From: an uncultured bacterium
Lineage (GTDB): Bacteria > Krumholzibacteriota > Krumholzibacteriia > LZORAL124-64-63
Direction: 5' to 3'
Assembly: GCA_963727525.1 (NCBI GenBank)
Contig: CAVSGO010000006.1
Coordinates: 288,001 to 352,000 of the forward strand
Length of the DNA: 64,000 bases
The notes under the pieces were generated by a model. It searched no databases and was not told the origin of the DNA. It saw nothing but the letters and a program-made list of their open reading frames with translations. Positions 38,067 through 46,170 of the stretch are shown here, piece after piece. The translations under genes and the position numbers were made by a program. Positions within the stretch are counted from its first letter, which is position 1. The number at the start of each line of letters is the position of its first letter.

Positions 38067-39020
38067 GTGAGCAGACTGACCATCGTCATGTACCACTACG
38101 TGCGCGATCTCGCGCGGTCGCGTTTTCCGCGCATCAAGGGCCTCCCATTGGAGAGATTCCGTGGCCAGCTCGCATACCTGCAGAAGAAGCACACGTTCGT
38201 CAGGGTGGAGGATGTGCTCGCCGCCCAGCGCGGCGACGGCGACCTGCCGCCGGGCGCGGCGCTCCTCACCTTCGACGACGGCTACGCCGACCACTACCGC
38301 TACGTGCTGCCCATCCTCGACGACCTCGGCGCCCAAGGCTGCTTCTTTCCGCCCACGCGCGTGATCGACGAGCGCACGGTGCTCGACGTCAACAAGATCC
38401 ACTTCACCCTGGCGGCAGCCGACGGTGTCGATGCCATCGCAGCCTACTGTCTGCAACGTGTGGGCGAGCTGCAGACCGAGTTCCAGCTCGAGCCGCCGGA
38501 CGTGTACGTGGCGCGCTTCCGGCAGCCCTCGCGACTCGACGACGCGTCGACCATGTTCGTGAAGCGGCTCCTGCAACGCGGACTGCCCGAGGCGGCCCGC
38601 GCGCGCATCACCGACGAGGTGTTTCGGCGCCACGTGACGGCCGACGAGGCGGCATTTGCCGAGGAGCTGTACCTCACCGCGGACCAGGTCCACACGATGC
38701 GCCGCTGCGGGATGTACTTCGGCAGCCATGGCGTGCGCCACCGCTGGTTCGACGACCTCCCCGCCGCCGACCAGCGCGAGGAGATGGCCGGCGGTCTCGC
38801 GATGTTGCGCCGTTTCGGCTATCGCGACGGAGAATTCGTCATCGCCTATCCCTACGGCGGTTTCAGCGACATCACCGTGACCATCGCCCGCGAGCTGGGG
38901 CATGCGCTCGGCTTCACCACCGAGGTCCGGGCCGCCGAGATCGGCCGCGACGAACCGCTGCTGCTGCCTCGCCTCGACACGGTGGATCTTCCGTTCGAAC
39001 CCGGTCCCGCGCAGGGCTAG
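38067..39020 (+). CDS. Polysaccharide deacetylase family protein
   Basis: VMYHYVR, LTFDDG, FGSHGVRH, AYPYG, LPRLDT. Confidence 0.87.
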   Translation: MSRLTIVMYHYVRDLARSRFPRIKGLPLERFRGQLAYLQKKHTFVRVEDVLAAQRGDGDLPPGAALLTFDDGYADHYRYVLPILDDLGAQGCFFPPTRVIDERTVLDVNKIHFTLAAADGVDAIAAYCLQRVGELQTEFQLEPPDVYVARFRQPSRLDDASTMFVKRLLQRGLPEAARARITDEVFRRHVTADEAAFAEELYLTADQVHTMRRCGMYFGSHGVRHRWFDDLPAADQREEMAGGLAMLRRFGYRDGEFVIAYPYGGFSDITVTIARELGHALGFTTEVRAAEIGRDEPLLLPRLDTVDLPFEPGPAQG

Positions 39021-39027
39021 CGGATCC

Positions 39028-40119
39028 GTGCGACTGCGCGCCCTCGACATCGTGCGTGGCCTCGCCGTGTGCGGGATGATCCTCGTGAACAACCCGGGCG
39101 ATCTCGATGCGGCCCCGCGCCAACTCTGCCACGCCGGCTGGTACGGCCTCACGTTCGCCGACACGGTGGCGCCCGCGTTCCTCTGGGTGGTGGGTTTTGC
39201 GATGACGCTGTCGATCGCGCGGCGCCTGGCCGGCGGTGCGGCCCGGGTCTCGCTGCGCCGGCACGTGCTCGTACGGGCGGCGCGACTCTTCGCCGTGGGC
39301 GTGGGGCTGCACCTCTTCGCGGCCCTGTTCCCGGGGCTGGACTTCTCTCACCTCGACGATATCGCGCTCATGGGTATCCTGCAGCGCATCGCCGCGGCGT
39401 ACGGGGTGGCCGCGTTCCTGCTGTTCGCGGGCTTGCCGGCCGGACGTACGGCCGTCGCCCTCCTCGCCGGCTACCTCGGCGTGTTGCTCGCCGGCGTGCC
39501 CACCTCGTCGCTGGCCGTGGCCTTCGCCCGGGAGACGAACGTCGCGAGCTGGATCGATGGCGTGCTCCTGGGCTCGCACGGCAGTGCGGCCCACACGCTG
39601 CTGTCGGTCGTCCCCGCCACGGCCACCGTGCTGCTGGGCGCCGCGGCGGCGCAGGCCAGCACGCGCGACGGTCGCCTGGCGCTGGATTGGCGGTTCGCCC
39701 TCGTTCACGTCGTTTCGCCCCTTGCGGGCGGTGCCCTGCTGTCCCTCGTCATGCCGCTGACGCGGTACCTCTGGTCGCCGAACTTCGCCCTGCTCACGGC
39801 CGGGATCACCGCGGCGACGTTGCTGGTCGTACACGGGCTCCTCGAGGGCCGCGACCGCAGGCTCGCACCTATCGTGGCGATCGGCGCCAATCCGCTGGCG
39901 CTCTTCGTGTTGTCGGAACTGGGGCGCATGGTGCTGTCGACCTTCGGGCTGACCGCGAGTGACGGAACCTGGCGGTCGTTCTGGGCCTGGGGCGACGTGT
40001 TGGTGGCGCGGGGGCTGCCGCCCGGGGCGGCTTCGGTCGTGTTTTCGGCAGCGTACCTGGCGGCGATGGTAGGGGTCGCCGTCGCGATGCAACGGCGCCA
40101 CTTGCGGATCGTGCTGTAA
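39028..40119 (+). CDS. HGSNAT/NagX-like (DUF5009) membrane acyltransferase
   Basis: RLRALDIVRG, MILVNNPG, TFADTVAPAF, MGILQRIA; many TM helices. Confidence 0.8.
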   Translation: MRLRALDIVRGLAVCGMILVNNPGDLDAAPRQLCHAGWYGLTFADTVAPAFLWVVGFAMTLSIARRLAGGAARVSLRRHVLVRAARLFAVGVGLHLFAALFPGLDFSHLDDIALMGILQRIAAAYGVAAFLLFAGLPAGRTAVALLAGYLGVLLAGVPTSSLAVAFARETNVASWIDGVLLGSHGSAAHTLLSVVPATATVLLGAAAAQASTRDGRLALDWRFALVHVVSPLAGGALLSLVMPLTRYLWSPNFALLTAGITAATLLVVHGLLEGRDRRLAPIVAIGANPLALFVLSELGRMVLSTFGLTASDGTWRSFWAWGDVLVARGLPPGAASVVFSAAYLAAMVGVAVAMQRRHLRIVL

Positions 40120-40220
40120 CGCGCGGCGCGGTCGGCGGTAAATCATGACAGGCGGGGACCGATAACGAGTCATCGCCCCGCGATGCCCGCGAAGGGCCGG
40201 ATTCTCACCTGGCACGGGAG

Positions 40221-41096
40221 ATGGCCATGACCCCGCAATCGCCCCGGTTTTCCGCGACGCTGCTCGTCCACTGCGCCGATCAGAAGGGCATCGTGGCCGC
40301 GATGACGTCGTTCATCGGCGACCATGGCGGCAACATCCTCGACATCGACGAGCACGTGGATTCCGAGAACGCCATCTTCTTCATGCGCCTGCGCTGGGAT
40401 CTCTCGGGCTTCGGGATTCCCGAAGAAGGATTCGGCGACGCCTTCGCGCCGCTCTTCGAGCGCTTCGGCATGGCCTGGCGCCTCGCATTCTCGCGCCGTC
40501 GTCCGCGCATGGCGGTGATGGTGTCGCGGCAGCCGCATTGCTTGTACGACATCCTGGCCCGCTGTCATTCCGGCGAGTGGCAGGTGGACGTGCCGCTGAT
40601 CATCAGCAACCACGATGCCCTGGCGCATGTGGCCTCCCAGTTCGGAGTCGCCTATCACGCACTGCCGGTGTCACCCGAGACCAAGCAGGAGCAGGAAGCG
40701 AGGGTGCTCGCGCTGCTGGCTGCGCACGCCATCGACTTCGTGGTCCTGGCGCGGTACATGCAGGTGATCGGCCCGGAGTTCATCGCCCGCTATCCCGACC
40801 GGATCATCAACATCCACCACTCGTTCCTGCCCGCCTTCGTCGGCGCGAAGCCCTACCATGCGGCGCACCGCCGAGGCGTGAAGATCATCGGTGCCACGAG
40901 CCACTACGTGACGGAGGAACTCGATGCCGGCCCGATCATCGCCCAGGACGTGGCGAATGTGAGCCACAAGCATTCCGTGGCCGACCTCATCCGCAAGGGC
41001 AAGGACCTCGAGAAGATCGTCCTGGCCCGCGCCGTCTGGCTGCACTTGCAGAACCGGATCCTGGTGTACGGGAACAAGACCGTCGTATTCGAGTGA
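40221..41096 (+). CDS. purU: Formyltetrahydrofolate deformylase
   Basis: ACT domain (CADQKGIVA); LARYMQ, INIHHSFLPAF, GATSHYVT, NKTVVF. Confidence 0.96.
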   Translation: MAMTPQSPRFSATLLVHCADQKGIVAAMTSFIGDHGGNILDIDEHVDSENAIFFMRLRWDLSGFGIPEEGFGDAFAPLFERFGMAWRLAFSRRRPRMAVMVSRQPHCLYDILARCHSGEWQVDVPLIISNHDALAHVASQFGVAYHALPVSPETKQEQEARVLALLAAHAIDFVVLARYMQVIGPEFIARYPDRIINIHHSFLPAFVGAKPYHAAHRRGVKIIGATSHYVTEELDAGPIIAQDVANVSHKHSVADLIRKGKDLEKIVLARAVWLHLQNRILVYGNKTVVFE

Positions 41097-41147
41097 CGAG
41101 GCCGGCAGCTTGCGCTACCGGCCTCGTCGTTCCCCGCCTGCCGCACC

Positions 41148-43952
41148 CTAGCGGTACTTGAACAGCTCAGCGTAGATGATGAGCACGACCAGTGAGAAGC
41201 CGACGATCAGGGCCGCGAAGCCGAAGACCTTGAACGCCTTCACCATGTTCGGGCTCATGGGGTCCACCAGGCGCTTCTCCAGCTCGCCCGATCGCACCAG
41301 CTCCTCGTACTCGCGCGGGCGGTCTTCCTTCAGCTCCTCGATCGACATGCGGCCGGTGAAGATCACCGGATCCATGGGGAAGCGGTCGGGGCGGAAGTGC
41401 GTGTTGAAGAAGTGCACGGTGAAGATGAAGCCGGCGGCGAGCAGGGCCTCGTCGCTGTGGATGATGGTGGCCACGTTGATGAACGAGCCCGGCAGGAACC
41501 GCGTGAAGAACTCGGGGAACCACAGCACGAGGCCCGAGAAGCCGATCATCGCCACGCCCCAGAACACGGCGAAGTAGTCGAACTTCTCCCAGTACGTCCA
41601 GCGGCCGTAGCGCGGGCGCGGGCCGAGGCCCACGAACCAGCGCATCGTCTGGGCGAACTCCTGCAGGTCGATCGCCCGCGGCACCATCGAGTTCTTGCCG
41701 AAGAGGTACTCCGCCCAGCCCGTGCCCGACTTCGTCTTCTTGTAGATGAGGTCGATCAGGTGGCGCGAGAAGTAGAAGAACGTGATCAGCGCGCAGATGC
41801 GGTGGATCACGCCGGCCGCCTGGAAGCCGCCGAGCGCGTGCGAGAGCGCCTGCGCCCAGCCGAGATAGGAGAACTTGAGCGTCATGCCGGTGATGGCCAG
41901 ACCCAGGAAGCTGATGATCACCAGGATGTGCAGGTAACGCGTCAGCCGCTCGAAGCGGCGAAACACCTTGCCCGGCGGCTGCGCGCGAAGCTGCCGCGAA
42001 TGGCGCATGGCTTGGAAGGAACGCGGTAGCCACAGCAGGGTGTGGATGCCGAAGAAGGCGAATGTCCCCACCAGAAGCGAGGTCATGAACAGCCACGTGT
42101 AGTGGATGAAGGGGTACTTCTTCTTGTCGTGGTGCGTGGCGTGGGTGAGGTAGCCGGCGAACTGGCGGTGCGCGCCGGTGTGGCATTTCGCGCAGGTCTG
42201 CACGATGTTGGCGTGCGAGAGGGTCGATTTCGGGTTCGACGGCTTCAGGATGTTGTGGGCGCCGTGGCAGTCCTGGCACTTGGCGGTGTCGGTGTAGCCC
42301 AGCTTCACGACCTTGCCGTGGAAGGTGTCGAAGTAGGACTCCGTCACGTCCGGATGGCAGTGGCCGCAGGTGTTGACGATCTCCCGCATGAAGCCCGCAG
42401 CATCGGCGCGGGTGATCTCGTGCGAGGTGTGGCAGTCGTCGCACATCGGCAGCCGCACGCCGTCCCTGGCCTCGCCCGTGAAATGGATGCTGTTCTTGAA
42501 TTGCTCGTAGATGCCGCTGTGGCACTTGGCGCAGGTTGTGGCGATCTGTGCCCGGCTGATGCTCGAGTTCACGTCGCTCTGGGGAAGCACGTGGTGCGCG
42601 GTATGGCAGTCGGTGCAGGTGGCCGAGACCACGAGGCCGGCTTCCGACAGGGCCACGCCGTGCACGCTGGCGTTGTAGTTCTCCACCATGTTCTGCACCG
42701 TGCCGGTATAGCGCACATCCGCCTTGCCGCCCTTGCCGTGGCATTCGGCGCAGAGCTTCGGGATGTTGGCGACGTAGGTCGGCGATTCCAGGTCGGTGTG
42801 CTTTTTGACGTGATGCGTGCCGTGGCACGTGGTGCAGGCCGGAGCGTCGGGGTCGCCGCGATCGTGGAGCTTGCCGTGCGTACTGGTGGCATAGAGTTCC
42901 ACCTGGGCCGCGTGGCAGATGGAGCAGTCGACCGTGGCGACCACCGTGGCGCACGGCCGGTGCATCGAGGGCGTGGCGCCGGTGTGGCACTGCACGCAGG
43001 TGACGTTCTTGTGTGTGGAGTCGTGCAGTTCATCGGCGTCGACGAGAAGGGCCTCGATATCGCCCGTGGCGTCGGCGAGCTTGGCGCGGTCGGCGTGGCA
43101 GCTCAGGCATTCGTGATTGCTCATACCGTCCTGGTAGAGCACGCGCCGCGCCTTGTGCGGCTCGTGGCATTCCACGCAGACGGGCACCTTGTTCGGCTCC
43201 TTTTCCCACAGCTCGCCGGCGATCACCTTCCGGTGCACCTGCTCGATGCGGCCATGGCAATGTTCGCAGGTCTTGACCACGTTCTGGCGCGCGATCGTCG
43301 ACTTCGGGTTGGTATGCGGCAGTACGCTGTGGGCTGTGTGGCAGTCGGTGCAGACGGCCGAGATCGTCAGGCCGCGCTTGTACAGGCCCTCGCCATGGAT
43401 GCTCTGCGAGTAGTGGGTGAGGATGCTGTCCTGCGGGATGCTGTAGAGCTGCGTGACCTTGGTGCCTTCCTTGTGGCACCGGCCGCACATGAACGGAATG
43501 TTGAACTTGTTCACGCGCGACGTCGGATCGGTGGGCGGCTGGATGTCGTGTGCGCCGTGGCAGTCCCAGCAATGGGGCGCGAACGGCTCCTTCGCCTTCA
43601 TCTTCTGGCCGTGGATGCTGGCCATGTATTTGGTGGCGATGTCGTCGTGGCACATCGCGCAGTCCACCGGCGCCAGGTTCTCGTCGTGGGGGAAGTCCTC
43701 GACGCCCGCGAGGTCCTGGTGGCAATCGACGCAGGCGATCCCGTTCTGGCCGTGGATCGATTTATCGAATACGGACTGATCGACGTAGAGCGACACGACC
43801 TCACGGCCCCGATTCTTCGTGAGACTCTCGTCGGCATGGCACATGAAGCAGGTGTCGTTGTCCTGAGCGCGCGCCGCGCCCGCGGCGAGCACGAACAGCA
43901 TGAGGACCGGCCACGCGGCGTGGGAGGATCGGGAGCGGAATGGGTGGGACAC
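41148..43952 (-). CDS. Multiheme cytochrome c (19 CxxCH) fused to a C-terminal cytochrome b-type membrane module (CbcL-like architecture)
   Basis: Signal peptide; 19 CxxCH counted; TM region with His ligands (LHILVI, IHRICA, IHSDEA, VHFFNTH) and YWEKFDYFAVFWG. Confidence 0.88.
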   Translation of the reverse strand: MSHPFRSRSSHAAWPVLMLFVLAAGAARAQDNDTCFMCHADESLTKNRGREVVSLYVDQSVFDKSIHGQNGIACVDCHQDLAGVEDFPHDENLAPVDCAMCHDDIATKYMASIHGQKMKAKEPFAPHCWDCHGAHDIQPPTDPTSRVNKFNIPFMCGRCHKEGTKVTQLYSIPQDSILTHYSQSIHGEGLYKRGLTISAVCTDCHTAHSVLPHTNPKSTIARQNVVKTCEHCHGRIEQVHRKVIAGELWEKEPNKVPVCVECHEPHKARRVLYQDGMSNHECLSCHADRAKLADATGDIEALLVDADELHDSTHKNVTCVQCHTGATPSMHRPCATVVATVDCSICHAAQVELYATSTHGKLHDRGDPDAPACTTCHGTHHVKKHTDLESPTYVANIPKLCAECHGKGGKADVRYTGTVQNMVENYNASVHGVALSEAGLVVSATCTDCHTAHHVLPQSDVNSSISRAQIATTCAKCHSGIYEQFKNSIHFTGEARDGVRLPMCDDCHTSHEITRADAAGFMREIVNTCGHCHPDVTESYFDTFHGKVVKLGYTDTAKCQDCHGAHNILKPSNPKSTLSHANIVQTCAKCHTGAHRQFAGYLTHATHHDKKKYPFIHYTWLFMTSLLVGTFAFFGIHTLLWLPRSFQAMRHSRQLRAQPPGKVFRRFERLTRYLHILVIISFLGLAITGMTLKFSYLGWAQALSHALGGFQAAGVIHRICALITFFYFSRHLIDLIYKKTKSGTGWAEYLFGKNSMVPRAIDLQEFAQTMRWFVGLGPRPRYGRWTYWEKFDYFAVFWGVAMIGFSGLVLWFPEFFTRFLPGSFINVATIIHSDEALLAAGFIFTVHFFNTHFRPDRFPMDPVIFTGRMSIEELKEDRPREYEELVRSGELEKRLVDPMSPNMVKAFKVFGFAALIVGFSLVVLIIYAELFKYR

Positions 43953-44163
43953 GACGATGCTCCTGGAGGATCTCCGAGTGATTGAAGAGAGCTTTAAATC
44001 TGGTATCGGCAGCGGTCAACGTCAATGTAATTTCCGGTTGAAAATGTCTCGTTGTTCTTTGGCAATAAAGGAGATAGATGATATTGAAAACCGCTAACGT
44101 CTTTGTTTTAACAAAAAAAAGAAAACCTGAGTTCGTTCGCTTAGATTGGCATGAGAGCCACGG

Positions 44164-44193
44164 AAAAGGCCCCGACCGCGACGGTCGGGGCCT
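44164..44193 (-). terminator. Rho-independent terminator
   Basis: Perfect 12-bp stem AGGCCCCGACCG/CGGTCGGGGCCT with 3-nt loop and a short U-tract on the minus strand, 20 bp after the stop at 44214. Confidence 0.75.
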
Positions 44194-44213
44194 CGTGTAA
44201 CTCCCGTAGATCG

Positions 44214-45971
44214 CTATTTCACCATCATCATCGTCCGCGTCTGCACCCGCTGCGGCGTGCGCACCTGGAACAGGTAGCCGCCGCTGGGCTGGCGACGGCC
44301 CGTGTCGTCGGTGCCGTCCCACCGGACCTGGTAGTGGTCGGCGGGGAGGTCGCGGGCCAGCAGCGTGCGCACGAGGCGCCCGCTGACGTCGTAGACCCGG
44401 ACCTCGACGCGCGACGCCACCGGCAGGTCGAACGCGAGGGTCGTGAGCGGATTGAAGGGATTCGGGTACGCGTCGTACACGTGGAACGCGTCCGGCAGGG
44501 TGGGCTGCGGCGTGGTGTCGCCACCTTCCACGGCCACGGGTTCGACTCCCAGCGTGCCGTCGATGTTCACGCTCTGGCCGTAGACGTCGGGCGTGCCGTT
44601 GCGACTGTCTTCCCACAGGATGATCGCGTTGCCGGCATCCGCGATGGCCAGCGGCAGGCGCGACTTGGAGCTGAGCACCGACGATACGAGGATCGGCGAA
44701 CCGGGCCACACCTGGTTGCCGTCGCCGTCGAGCATCATACCCAGCAGGCGATCCTGGTTGAAGCCGCCACCCGGCTCGTCGGCATAGAAGACCATGCAGC
44801 CGTCGCCCACCGCGCCGGCGCGCGGATACGACTTGTAGGTCGCGTCGACCGGCAGCAGCACGGCGCCCGTGCCGCCCCATTGCCGCGCGCCCGCTGTGTC
44901 GAATTTCTGGGCCAGGATGCCCCACTGCGACTGCGCGGTGTTGCGCTCGTTCCAGGCCACGAAGGTCTCGCCCGTGTTGCGGTTGTAGGCAAGGGCGGGG
45001 TCGAGGTGGTTGGTGGCGCTGCTCGTGGACACGGTCACGCCGTTGTGCGCCCAGAGCTCGTTGCCGTCGGCGTCGAGGTGCTGGACGTAGGAGTTGAAGA
45101 CCGTCGTCGGCGCGCTGTGCCAGCAGATCACCGCGCCGCCCATGCCGTCGGCCTGCTCGCGCGGCCAGTGGGCGATGGGCACCGACGTGGCGTCGTACAC
45201 GGCTACCGGGCCCCAGACCACGGAGCCGTCGGCCGCGAACCGCGCCGCGTGCACGTGCCGCGGGCTGAGGAAGCTGCCGATGTCCCGGACATACGAGCAG
45301 ATCACGGAGCCGTCATCAGCGGGCACGAGCTGTGCGAAGCCGGGTTTCTCGGTACCCGGCTGCAGCACCGCGAGGCCGCCGGCGGCGAAGCGCAGCGTGC
45401 CCGCGGGAGTCACGCGCTGCATCATCAGACTGCCGCCACCCGAGTCCGGCAGGCGGGCCCACAGGAAGACGAGATCGCCGTCGCTGGCCTGCGTCACCAC
45501 GGGCGAGGGCTCGTAGTCGTCGTTGGACGACAGCGTGATGCCGTCCGGTCCCCAGAGGAACGCGCCGTCGCCGCCGATGCGGTAGCCGAAGACGTCGAGG
45601 TCGCTGCCGTCGCGCGCGTCGGTGAAGACGAGCACGGCCGCGCCATCGGTATCGGCGGTCAGGTCCCAGTCGACGAGCGACGAGAGTTGCGTGTGGTCGC
45701 TCACGAGGATCCCGTTGTGGGCCCACAATTCGAACCCGTCGACGTTGAGATGCTGCAGGTAGACCTCGTAGGCGCCGTTGCGATTGTCGAACCAGCCCAC
45801 GTAGCAACCGCCGTCAGGCGTGGTCGCCACCTTGGGCAGGATCTGCTCGCCCGCGCCGTCGGCGATGGCGAGGTTCACGGCAGGATCGGTGGGCCACTGG
45901 GCCAACGCGGTGCCGCCGAGAACGAGACTTGCGATCAGAATCGAGAAACCCGCGGCTTTCGCCCTGGACAT
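44214..45971 (-). CDS. Secreted repeat protein (beta-propeller-like) with C-terminal FlgD-Ig/T9SS-like domain
   Basis: Signal peptide; repeats of type DG.GG...W.D.R.G..(D/E).Y.Q....G..LW..NG; C-terminal AYPNPFNP...YDVSGRLVRTL...WDGTDDTG...SGGY; RBS GAGGAGG. Confidence 0.82.
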   Translation of the reverse strand: MSRAKAAGFSILIASLVLGGTALAQWPTDPAVNLAIADGAGEQILPKVATTPDGGCYVGWFDNRNGAYEVYLQHLNVDGFELWAHNGILVSDHTQLSSLVDWDLTADTDGAAVLVFTDARDGSDLDVFGYRIGGDGAFLWGPDGITLSSNDDYEPSPVVTQASDGDLVFLWARLPDSGGGSLMMQRVTPAGTLRFAAGGLAVLQPGTEKPGFAQLVPADDGSVICSYVRDIGSFLSPRHVHAARFAADGSVVWGPVAVYDATSVPIAHWPREQADGMGGAVICWHSAPTTVFNSYVQHLDADGNELWAHNGVTVSTSSATNHLDPALAYNRNTGETFVAWNERNTAQSQWGILAQKFDTAGARQWGGTGAVLLPVDATYKSYPRAGAVGDGCMVFYADEPGGGFNQDRLLGMMLDGDGNQVWPGSPILVSSVLSSKSRLPLAIADAGNAIILWEDSRNGTPDVYGQSVNIDGTLGVEPVAVEGGDTTPQPTLPDAFHVYDAYPNPFNPLTTLAFDLPVASRVEVRVYDVSGRLVRTLLARDLPADHYQVRWDGTDDTGRRQPSGGYLFQVRTPQRVQTRTMMMVK

Positions 45972-46170
45972 GGCCGCCTCCTCTTGCAAGAAACCTGAAT
46001 CAATTCTCCGCGCCGTGGCGCAACGCCGTATGATACCACAAATGACGATAAACGGGGTCTCGTGATTCCGGCGCCCGCGAGGTTTCATTCCTGGCTCCCG
46101 CGCCGTACCTTTAGAGCGTCCTGGTCGCCGCACGCCCGGCGTCCGACCAGGCTGCGGGAGCAGAATCGCT

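Noticed and set aside
40120-40220. ZTP (pfl) riboswitch upstream of purU
   Set aside because: Only vague resemblance (ATGACAGGCG, CACCTGGCA); I could not build the P1/P2 stems or the 3' GCCUGGGC hairpin. An Rfam/Infernal scan would settle it
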